Below are positions 54,679 through 62,238 of a stretch of DNA of 64,000 nucleotides, in pieces. Position 1 is the stretch's first letter; each line of letters begins with the position of its first letter. The position numbers were made by a program, and so were the translations under genes. The stretch comes from Phycisphaerae bacterium (GTDB taxonomy: Bacteria; Planctomycetota; Phycisphaerae; Phycisphaerales; UBA1924): positions 3,224-67,223 of the forward strand of contig JAUIHS010000023.1 in assembly GCA_030432255.1 (NCBI GenBank), given 5' to 3'. Under the pieces are notes generated by a model, which searched no databases, had not been told where the DNA came from, and saw only the letters and a list, made by a program, of their open reading frames with translations.

Positions 54679-56076
54679 TCAGGCGAGTGCTTCATAGGTC
54701 GTCAGGCGAGCATCGGTGCGCTTGATGATGTCGCTGACACCCTGCTGGTTGAATCCCTTGTAGCCGTCGTTCCGCTCCAGGTTCTCAAGGTGAGAGCCGA
54801 CGGCGCCCGCCTTCCGGAACTTCTCGGCTTCCTTCTCCGTGATGCGACCGTGCCGGAGCAGGCGGGTGATGCGCTTCTCGGCAACCGCCCACACCTCACC
54901 CTTCGTGAAGGACTGGCGCAGGAAATCGAAGTCGGTGAATGGGTCCATCACGCTGTGTCCGGCCAACTCGAGCGCTTCGGTCAGACGCGCATGGTCGAAC
55001 TGACACTCAAGGTGATGCATGCCCGCCTGGAGCATGCTCTCGCCGTGAAGCCCCGTCCACAGACCCACGGTGCCCAACTCGTCGCGCTCCGGAAGCGGGT
55101 TGTGCGCGAAATCGCCCCCCACCTCGTCCGGCGAGAGATCAACATCGGCGAAGACCACCAGCCCCGTGATCGGCTGCTCCAGGACCTGGGCACCCCAGCC
55201 CGCTTCCTCGCCGGCGTAGAAGCGCTCGCGGCACTTGAACCCGAGTTTCTCCAACAGACTGACCAGGCTTCCGAAGTACTGCCGCGAACAACGGAACGTG
55301 TGGTGGTCGTGGTTCGCCCAGCCAAGGCCGAGTCGATCCTGACGCGCCTTCTGCCAGCGGGCGGACGCATTGCGGCGCTCCCAGAAGTCACGCTCTGCGC
55401 GGAAGAAGAGGTCACAGACCAGGTGCACGCCGGAACGCTCGCCAGTGGCCAACTCATCCAGCGCCGCATCCACCAGCGAGTGCACATGCTCGAATCCCTG
55501 GTCATCCGTCGGCCAGTCGCGCCGGCGACGCCGGAATGACTCGAGGTGCCGGATCGCCGCGATCTCGCGACGCGGATCCGCCTGCATCTCAGCAAAGCCG
55601 AGGTATCCGTGGCGCTCAACGGCAATGAGTTCGGTGTTGTCTCCACGAAATGCCGTCGCGCGGCGCAGTGCAGTCATCGGCTCACCGGAGATGGGCTGAT
55701 CGTTCGGGACGGCCCATGTCGCCAGGAAGTCCGCGACCCAGTCCACCTTGATGCCCACGCGCCGCAGCGGGCCGTCACCGAGTACCACCTGGGGGAGGAT
55801 GGCGCCGAGATGGACATACCGCTGTGATGCACCGGGAACCGGGCGATGGCTGAAGCCGGTATCGATCAACCGCTCGATGGTCTCCTCGGTCTCGGGGACG
55901 CGGATGTAGTCCAGCCAGTCCAGGAACCGGGTGGACGTCTCATCGAGCATCCGCCGGGCCAGGTTCTCCGAGTGCGGGCAACGACGCAGGTACTCATCGA
56001 TGAATTCGTTGATGAGCGTCTGGGCCCGGGGTTGGGGTTCCCAGTGATACTCGGTCGCGGGTGCGCCCGTTGACAT
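54679..56076 (-). CDS. Conserved-looking hypothetical protein (465 aa), possible metal-dependent enzyme
   Basis: The composition is clean and coding-like over the full length. His-rich motifs are WANHDHHTFRC and AGMHHLECQFDH. I can't place it in a family with confidence. Confidence 0.6.
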   Translation of the reverse strand: MSTGAPATEYHWEPQPRAQTLINEFIDEYLRRCPHSENLARRMLDETSTRFLDWLDYIRVPETEETIERLIDTGFSHRPVPGASQRYVHLGAILPQVVLGDGPLRRVGIKVDWVADFLATWAVPNDQPISGEPMTALRRATAFRGDNTELIAVERHGYLGFAEMQADPRREIAAIRHLESFRRRRRDWPTDDQGFEHVHSLVDAALDELATGERSGVHLVCDLFFRAERDFWERRNASARWQKARQDRLGLGWANHDHHTFRCSRQYFGSLVSLLEKLGFKCRERFYAGEEAGWGAQVLEQPITGLVVFADVDLSPDEVGGDFAHNPLPERDELGTVGLWTGLHGESMLQAGMHHLECQFDHARLTEALELAGHSVMDPFTDFDFLRQSFTKGEVWAVAEKRITRLLRHGRITEKEAEKFRKAGAVGSHLENLERNDGYKGFNQQGVSDIIKRTDARLTTYEALA

Positions 56077-56170
56077 GACAGCATTCTCCAGTCAGGGAAT
56101 GGGGTGATCGCTCGAACCACTTGCAGCGGTTCTGAAATCATACGTTCGTCCGGCAGAGTCCGAGAGTTCG

Positions 56171-57538
56171 TCAATGACGGGGTGAACCCTGCGAAACCGG
56201 CTCATCGTCATCCCCGGCACGGAGGGTGTGCCGCGTCGACAGGTGCAGGCGCAGGAACATCAGGGCCCCAAGCGTTGAGAGGCCTGACAGCCAGATGAAG
56301 GTCCAGCCACCCAGTCCGGGCCAGTCGATGACCAGGCCCGTCATCTCCAGTTTCCAGGTCGAGTAGAGCAGGGTGCCGAGGAACGGCGCAAAGAGGCCTC
56401 GGATGCCGGTCAGCGTGACATGCACCCCCATGTACACCGTCGCGAGACCGCCCTTGACGAAGTCGTGATGACCGAGGTTCCACGCGAGAATGCCGCCGGC
56501 AAAGGCCGCCCCGAGAATCACGCGCGAGACGTAGAGGAGCGGAAGACTGTTGGTCAGGAACGCCACGCCGCACAGGGCGTTCGCGATCACGAAGACCCAC
56601 GAGTGCCAGGCACGGAACTCGATGACGTGACGCCGATCAAGGAGTCGTGCCCACAACGGCATCAGCAGGATCGGGATCAACACCGGAATGATCTGAGCCA
56701 GCAGAATCGACTGCTTGTACTTCAATGCGAAGATGTCATCCATCGCCGCGATGAAGGGCGCCCACAGCGCAATGTTCGGCATGCCGAGGATGAACTGGGC
56801 CGTCATGTAGCGGCGGAAGTCGCGATCATCACGCAGCACACGGACCATCGCCAGTGGACCCGCCGAATGGGGCTGACCGATCCCGGCCGCGGCTCGCTCA
56901 CGCCGTACGATCGCGCGGCCGCGCCGCCACCGGACGCCTGAATAGCTGCGCACCCCGACAAGCGCCACGAGGATCGCGACGCCGTACACCAACCGGTAGC
57001 CATGTCCTCCCAGCCAGCCGGCATCCATGATCGCGCCCACCAGCAGCGAGACAAGGCTGACGGTGATCGTCGTCATGGTCGAGAGCCGGCCGGTGACGTG
57101 AGCCCGGACTGACCGGGGGTAGTTGGTCATCCAGACGTCCGCCCGCGCGGTGATGATCCCGGAGAGGCATGATCTCGCCGCGAAGACCCCGAAGACGAGG
57201 ATCGCGATGCCGAGAGCGTTGTAGGGTGCGACAGCAAGGATCGCCACGCTGAGGAGCGTGAGCAGTTGCAGCACGAGGACGAACTTCACCCGGTCGCGGC
57301 CGTACATCAGGCGCGTCCAGAGGACGCTGGAGACGTTGGCCAGGGCCGGGGCCGCGACCAGCGCCGCGATGACCAGATCGGGTGCGTCGAAGCCCAGCCG
57401 TGCAATGACGCCGATCACTCCGCCTTCGACGCACGCGATGGCGGCGGGCATGAGTGCGGCGGCCTTGAGTTCGTGTGCGAAGCTCCGGCGTCCCATCCGC
57501 GTGAGGCGGTCGAAGCCGGCGATTCGTGAGAGGTTCAT
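56171..57538 (-). CDS. MFS-type transporter
   Basis: 455 aa with about 12 hydrophobic helices. Basic loops (RSYSGVRWRRGRAIVRRER) separate two six-helix halves. Confidence 0.75.
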   Translation of the reverse strand: MNLSRIAGFDRLTRMGRRSFAHELKAAALMPAAIACVEGGVIGVIARLGFDAPDLVIAALVAAPALANVSSVLWTRLMYGRDRVKFVLVLQLLTLLSVAILAVAPYNALGIAILVFGVFAARSCLSGIITARADVWMTNYPRSVRAHVTGRLSTMTTITVSLVSLLVGAIMDAGWLGGHGYRLVYGVAILVALVGVRSYSGVRWRRGRAIVRRERAAAGIGQPHSAGPLAMVRVLRDDRDFRRYMTAQFILGMPNIALWAPFIAAMDDIFALKYKQSILLAQIIPVLIPILLMPLWARLLDRRHVIEFRAWHSWVFVIANALCGVAFLTNSLPLLYVSRVILGAAFAGGILAWNLGHHDFVKGGLATVYMGVHVTLTGIRGLFAPFLGTLLYSTWKLEMTGLVIDWPGLGGWTFIWLSGLSTLGALMFLRLHLSTRHTLRAGDDDEPVSQGSPRH

Positions 57539-57580
57539 GGCGTGGCTCGGGCGTGAGTTGGCGGGCGTGACAACGCGGTC

Positions 57581-57612
57581 GAAAAAGAAAAAGCCCCGAC
57601 AAAGGCCGGGGC
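57581..57612 (-). terminator. Rho-independent terminator after the small lipoprotein gene
   Basis: On the - strand the sequence is gccccggcctttgtcggggc, a GCCCCG/CGGGGC stem, followed by tttttctttttc. It sits 54 nt downstream of the stop at 57666. Confidence 0.6.
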
Positions 57613-57665
57613 GAGCGTGCTTGGGGGTTGGCCAGGCCCACTGGCCCGACCGCTGTGCATACCGA

Positions 57666-57926
57666 TCAATAGGGGATCGGCTTGGGGCTCAGGCGGGACG
57701 GGCGATCCGTCATCCAGATGCGACCGAGGTCTTCCCAGAGCATCCGGAAGTTGGTGTCGCGTTGGAGGACGAGAGCGTTGTTGATCTCGAAATCCGTCTG
57801 GCTGAGCGTATCCAGCGCCGGGCTGGGGTCACTGTTGACCGAAGAACTGCAGCCACCAAGGGCAAGCAGGCCGATCAGGCCGGCGGCAGGGAGCATGAAT
57901 CGAGTCGTGGTACGCATGTTTCGCAT
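57666..57926 (-). CDS. Small lipoprotein, function unknown
   Basis: 86 aa. MRNMRTTTRFMLPAAGLIGLLALGGCSSS contains a lipobox. Confidence 0.6.
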   Translation of the reverse strand: MRNMRTTTRFMLPAAGLIGLLALGGCSSSVNSDPSPALDTLSQTDFEINNALVLQRDTNFRMLWEDLGRIWMTDRPSRLSPKPIPY

Positions 57927-58149
57927 GGCAAAAATCCTCTGTTGAGCGAACGGTTGTACCGGCCATCGCCCGCGGCGTCAATCCGGAATCCGGACCATCA
58001 CACCAGACCGAAAATAGCACGAACGACCCGATATGCAGTGGGGTCGCGGCGGGTCAGACGCACAGGTTCGGATCAGGTTCCTTTCATCTTTCGTGATGTC
58101 GCCCAAGCTGCTCGCATCGCGCGGATCCCGCGGGTATGGTGAAGTTGAA

Positions 58150-58348
58150 CAACGGTCGTCTGCTGGTGACTGAGCCACACAAATGTCTCGACCTTTAAGA
58201 CCCTTCGGGAGCCACACCGATATTTTCGGCGATGATCAAGCCTCCACGAGTGGACGATCGGGACCGAAACGGCGGCGCCCACCTAGCTTGATAAGGGTTC
58301 GAGCCATTCGTGATTCGGTCACCAGCAGGCGACCGTCGTTCGCTTTTG
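58150..58348 (+). ncRNA. ssrS: Highly structured ~190-nt RNA, 6S RNA-like (alternatively a cis-acting leader of cysE)
   Basis: A 19-bp closing helix forms between 58152-58170 (acggtcgtctgctggtgac) and 58318-58336 (gtcaccagcaggcgaccgt), with one G-U. It is extended by cacaaatg/cattcgtg and ctcgacc/ggttcgag pairings. Internal hairpins are ccc-ttcg-ggg, ccga-tattt-tcgg and atcaagc...gcttgat. Local GC is lower than in the flanks and there is no credible ORF. Motifs ctgagcc, gatatttt and cacct..aagggttcgag resemble E. coli 6S RNA segments as I recall them. Strand and ends are approximate. Confidence 0.5.
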
Positions 58349-58375
58349 ACCCAGCAACGCCGAGGACAACGCTGA

Positions 58376-59359
58376 ATGACCTGCCCGAGCGATGACACGT
58401 CTGATCATGCTTCCATTGATGCGGAACTCGTCTCCGAGCTCACCGAGTCCATCCTTGCCGAGACGCGAACCCGGCACCTCGGGTGCGAGCACATTCCGAA
58501 TCGCGAAGCCGTCGGTCGACTCATCGATCTGCTTCGCCAGATGGCCTTTCCGGGCTTCTTCGACAGCCGCACGCTGACCCCCCGGAACCTGCCGCTCCAC
58601 GTCCAGGAACTCCTCGCACGCATCTCGATCGCCTCGCAGGAGCAGATCCGCTCCGTGATCCGCTACCTCGCGCACTCCAACGCCCAGACGCCCTGCGACC
58701 TCGTCTCCGGTGAACCGGATGCGGTCGCCGCCCGGATCACCCGCCAGTTCATGGCCCGGCTGCCCGAGATCCGACGCCTCATCGCACTGGATGTCCAGGC
58801 GGCCTTCGACGGGGACCCCGCGGCCATCCATACCGATGAAGTCGTCTTCTGCTACCCCGGTCTCGATGCCATCTTCGCGCATCGCATCGCCCATGAACTC
58901 ACGCGCCTGCACGTGCCGCTGCTCCCTCGACTCATCCAGGAACTCGCCCACAACGCCACGGGTATCGATATCCACCCGGGCGCCACCATCGGCGAATCTT
59001 TCTTCATCGATCACGGCACCGGCGTCGTGATCGGGGAGACGACCGAGATCGGTGACCATTGCCGCATCTACCAGGGCGTGACGCTCGGTGCCAAGTCCTT
59101 CCAGCGCGATGAGACGGGACGGCTGGTTCGCGGCGTGAAGCGACATCCCACGATCGGCGACCGGGTGACGATCTACGCTGGCGCGGTCATTCTCGGGGGT
59201 GACACCATCATCGGCGATGACTGCGTCATCAACGGTTCCGTCTTCCTGACGCGATCAGTACCACCGGGGCACATCGTTCGCCAGAAGAGCCCGGAACTCG
59301 TCATGCGCAGCAACCCGATGAACCGGGAGCGCAACAGCGTGGTCGACGCCGGGGGGTAG
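58376..59359 (+). CDS. cysE: Serine O-acetyltransferase (long form)
   Basis: 327 aa. Motifs: DVQAAFDGDPAA, VVFCYPGLDAIFAHRIAHEL, and the hexapeptide-repeat core GIDIHPGATIGESFFIDHGTGVVIGETTEIGDHCRIYQGVTLG. Confidence 0.9.
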   Translation: MTCPSDDTSDHASIDAELVSELTESILAETRTRHLGCEHIPNREAVGRLIDLLRQMAFPGFFDSRTLTPRNLPLHVQELLARISIASQEQIRSVIRYLAHSNAQTPCDLVSGEPDAVAARITRQFMARLPEIRRLIALDVQAAFDGDPAAIHTDEVVFCYPGLDAIFAHRIAHELTRLHVPLLPRLIQELAHNATGIDIHPGATIGESFFIDHGTGVVIGETTEIGDHCRIYQGVTLGAKSFQRDETGRLVRGVKRHPTIGDRVTIYAGAVILGGDTIIGDDCVINGSVFLTRSVPPGHIVRQKSPELVMRSNPMNRERNSVVDAGG

Positions 59360-59364
59360 AAGTG

Positions 59365-59406
59365 GGGACGAGGGAGCAGGGAAGAGGGAACAGGGAACAG
59401 GGAAGG
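59365..59406 (+). repeat. Tandem heptamer repeat (GGGANNA)x6
   Basis: The sequence reads gggacga gggagca gggaaga gggaaca gggaaca gggaagg. It begins 6 nt after the cysE stop. Confidence 0.85.
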
Positions 59407-59513
59407 TTGGCCTGCGGCAGAGACTCCGGTGGAGCTTCCGCTCCGATGTTGCGCGCGATGGTCGTCAGGAGTGGAGCGGTAGCTCCTCAGGTTCTCCGCC
59501 GAAGGCGATCCAA

Positions 59514-59548
59514 CCCTCATCCCTCATCACTGCTCCCTCATCCCTCAT
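59514..59548 (+). repeat. Tandem heptamer repeat (CCCTCAT)x4 with one divergent unit; G-rich on the - strand
   Basis: The sequence reads ccctcat ccctcat cactgct ccctcat ccctcat. It ends 10 nt before the pepA stop at 59558. ctgctccctc is the exact complement of gagggagcag in the 59365 block. Confidence 0.85.
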
Positions 59549-59557
59549 TCAAATCAA

Positions 59558-61051
59558 CTACGCTCGCAGCAGATCCGCCAGCAGACGTGTGCCGAAGCCG
59601 GTCGCGGTGTTTCGGACGCACATGCTCTCATCGTTCTCCGCGCTGTGCATGCCGGCGATGTCCAGGTGACACCACGGCACACCATCCTCAACGAAGTAGG
59701 AGAGGAATGCAGCGCCCTGGATCGGGTGCGCCTTGCGGTTGGCGTTGGAGTTCACGATGTCGGCGATGTCCGACTTCATCATGTCCCGGTACTCACGATG
59801 CAGCGGCAGACGCCACACGGGCTCACCCGAACGCGCAGAGGCCGCTTCCACCTTGGCGCGGAAATCGTCGTCATCGCACCACATGCCCGCATAGGTCGAG
59901 CCCAGCGCGGTGATCACGCCGCCGGTCAGCGTTGCCACATCCACGATGAAACGCGGCTTCTCCTTCTTGCACGCCCAGCACAGCGCATCGGCCATGACCA
60001 GTCGGCCCTCCGCATCCGTGTTCGTCACCTCCACGGTCACGCCATTGGCGTACTCGATGATGTCGTCCGGACGATAGGCGTTTGACGAGACACTGTTCTC
60101 CGCCGAGGCGAGAAGGGCCACCACCGGGAACTTCGGCTTGATGACGGCCGCAACCGCCTGCATCGCGCCGAGCACCGCCGCACCACCGTCCATGTCGTAC
60201 TTCATGCCGCGCATGCCCGTCGGCGGCTTCAGCGAAAGCCCGCCGGTGTCGTACGTGATCGTCTTGCCCACGAAGACCGCTGGCTTGCCGGTGCTCTTGC
60301 CCGACGGCTTGTACTCGATGCGGATCAGGCACGGCGGAGTTGCCGACGCCTTGCCCACATTGATCAGGCCGTTCAGTTTGTTCTGCTTGAGGGCCTCACC
60401 CTTGATGATGCGCACAGACAGGGAGGGGAACTTCCGACCCAGCGCGCGAGCCTGCGACGCCATCCACGCCGGGTTGCAGATGTTCGGCGGTGTCTCACTG
60501 CAGCGACGCGACAGGTTCGCGGCATCCGCGAGACCAAGGCCTTCTTTCATGCCCGCCTGGAACGCCTTGTCAGGTGCGCCGATGGTCAACTTCTCGCGCT
60601 TCGTTGCAGAGGTCGCTGAGCCCTTGAAACCCGTGTTATCCATGGACAGCAGGCCGATGGCTTCGCCAAGGTTGCGCCCTGCGAAGGACGGGTCGAGGCC
60701 GGCGGCCTTGAGCCCGCCGGACAGTTCCAGTGCGACCTTGGAGGCCTTCATCTCAGCAAGGCGACGTCCAAGTCGGGACCCCGCGGCACGCATGGCGTCA
60801 GCGGCGATGGATGTCGGATCCCCCAGACCGACCACGACGATGCGAGCCCCCTTGTCAGGTGTCACTGCAATCAACTGGCCGAGGTCGCCAGTGACTTCCG
60901 GGTGCGCCAGCGCCCGCTTTACCGCATTCCCGACATCATGGCCGGCGTCCGCCTTGGTCAACTGAACCGGCTTCCCCTTACCGGGCTTGATCACGCCAAG
61001 GACGAGAACATCCGGACTGGACACGCGTGCAACTCGCACAGATTCGAACAT
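59558..61051 (-). CDS. pepA: Leucyl aminopeptidase (M17)
   Basis: 497 aa. Motifs: VGKTITYDTGGLSLKP, MKYDMDGGAAVLG, NTDAEGRLVMADAL, ATLTGG. Confidence 0.95.
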   Translation of the reverse strand: MFESVRVARVSSPDVLVLGVIKPGKGKPVQLTKADAGHDVGNAVKRALAHPEVTGDLGQLIAVTPDKGARIVVVGLGDPTSIAADAMRAAGSRLGRRLAEMKASKVALELSGGLKAAGLDPSFAGRNLGEAIGLLSMDNTGFKGSATSATKREKLTIGAPDKAFQAGMKEGLGLADAANLSRRCSETPPNICNPAWMASQARALGRKFPSLSVRIIKGEALKQNKLNGLINVGKASATPPCLIRIEYKPSGKSTGKPAVFVGKTITYDTGGLSLKPPTGMRGMKYDMDGGAAVLGAMQAVAAVIKPKFPVVALLASAENSVSSNAYRPDDIIEYANGVTVEVTNTDAEGRLVMADALCWACKKEKPRFIVDVATLTGGVITALGSTYAGMWCDDDDFRAKVEAASARSGEPVWRLPLHREYRDMMKSDIADIVNSNANRKAHPIQGAAFLSYFVEDGVPWCHLDIAGMHSAENDESMCVRNTATGFGTRLLADLLRA

Positions 61052-61132
61052 CGCTTCCTCCTTGCGATCGTGTGGGTCTTCGGTGGGAGTGTAACGACGA
61101 CACGTCCCCGCCGCGAACCGCTGCCAAGCGTG

Positions 61133-62230
61133 TCAGGAACCGACGTAGCGCGCGTACAGCGAGCGTGCCCGGACGGCATCGGTCGTGCCGCGCAGGATGG
61201 CCCGGCCGTCCGGAAAGAGCGTGAGTTCGATCGGTTCGCCACCCTCTCCCATTTCGTCCGTGAACGTGCCCCGCAGCGTGAATCGCGTCGCCTCGAACGT
61301 GCCGTGAGAGGACAGGACCTCGAGCACCCGATCCAGCAGCAGCAGTCCCCGGTCCGCGGGGGTGATCTGCACCGCGTCCCGCCCGCACAGCGTTACGGCG
61401 TCGGCGGCGCCTTCGCCCTTCAGGTACTCGAAGTCGCGCTTCCCGCAGCAGGGGCACGCATCGTTGAGCGCACCCGTGATGTCGAGTTGCGTGATGTCCA
61501 TGCACCACAGGTCGACCGAGAGCAGGCGCCGGTTGATGGCGTCGAACTTCCCGAGCAGCACCTTGATCGCCTCCGCCGCCTGGATGCTGGCGATCGTCGA
61601 TACCACCGGGCCGAGCACACCGACCGTGTCGCAGGTCATCCGTGCACCGGTGGGAGGAGCCTGCTCAAAGACGCAGCGCAGGCACGGCGTCCGGTGCCCG
61701 GACCACGGGCGCGAATCCCCCCGCGGCAGGAACGTCATCGTCATGCCCGAAGTCGCAACGGCACCACCGTAAACCCAGGGGATGCCCCGGCTCACGGCCA
61801 CGTCATTGATCAGGAAACGCGTCTCGAAGTTGTCCGTCGCGTCGACGATCACATCAACACCGTCGCACAGACGCTCTGCCGTTCGATGACTGAAGTCCTC
61901 CACGTGCGCGTCGACGCGCACCGACGAGTTGATCGCCCCAAGCTTGAGGCGTGCCGCTTCCGCCTTGGGCATTGCGTTGCGGACATCCTCCTCGTCAAAG
62001 AGCACCTGCCTTTGAAGATTCGTCAGTTCCACGATGTCGCGATCGACAATGCGTGCGCTCCCGACGCCGGCGCGCACCAGCATCTCGGCAGAGACCGTGC
62101 CGAGTGCGCCACAGCCCACGATGAGCACGGAGGCGCCCAGCAGGCGCTGCTGTCCATCGGTGCCGATCTGTTCCAGCAGCGTCTGGCGCTGATAGCGGGC
62201 GAGGTGTTCCGGGACCGACGAGTCGTTCAT
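61133..62230 (-). CDS. ThiF/MoeB-family E1-like adenylyltransferase with C-terminal extension
   Basis: Track ORF 61133..62311, trimmed to ATG 62230 (MNDSSVPEHLARYQRQ). Motifs: VLIVGCGALGTVSAEMLVRAGVG, DRDIVELTNLQRQ, and the Cys pairs CLRC / CPCCG. The C-terminal tail of about 100 aa (LCGRDAVQI...DGRAILRGTTD) resembles that seen in Firmicutes-type ThiF. Confidence 0.85.
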   Translation of the reverse strand: MNDSSVPEHLARYQRQTLLEQIGTDGQQRLLGASVLIVGCGALGTVSAEMLVRAGVGSARIVDRDIVELTNLQRQVLFDEEDVRNAMPKAEAARLKLGAINSSVRVDAHVEDFSHRTAERLCDGVDVIVDATDNFETRFLINDVAVSRGIPWVYGGAVATSGMTMTFLPRGDSRPWSGHRTPCLRCVFEQAPPTGARMTCDTVGVLGPVVSTIASIQAAEAIKVLLGKFDAINRRLLSVDLWCMDITQLDITGALNDACPCCGKRDFEYLKGEGAADAVTLCGRDAVQITPADRGLLLLDRVLEVLSSHGTFEATRFTLRGTFTDEMGEGGEPIELTLFPDGRAILRGTTDAVRARSLYARYVGS

Positions 62231-62238
62231 CTTGGTGC

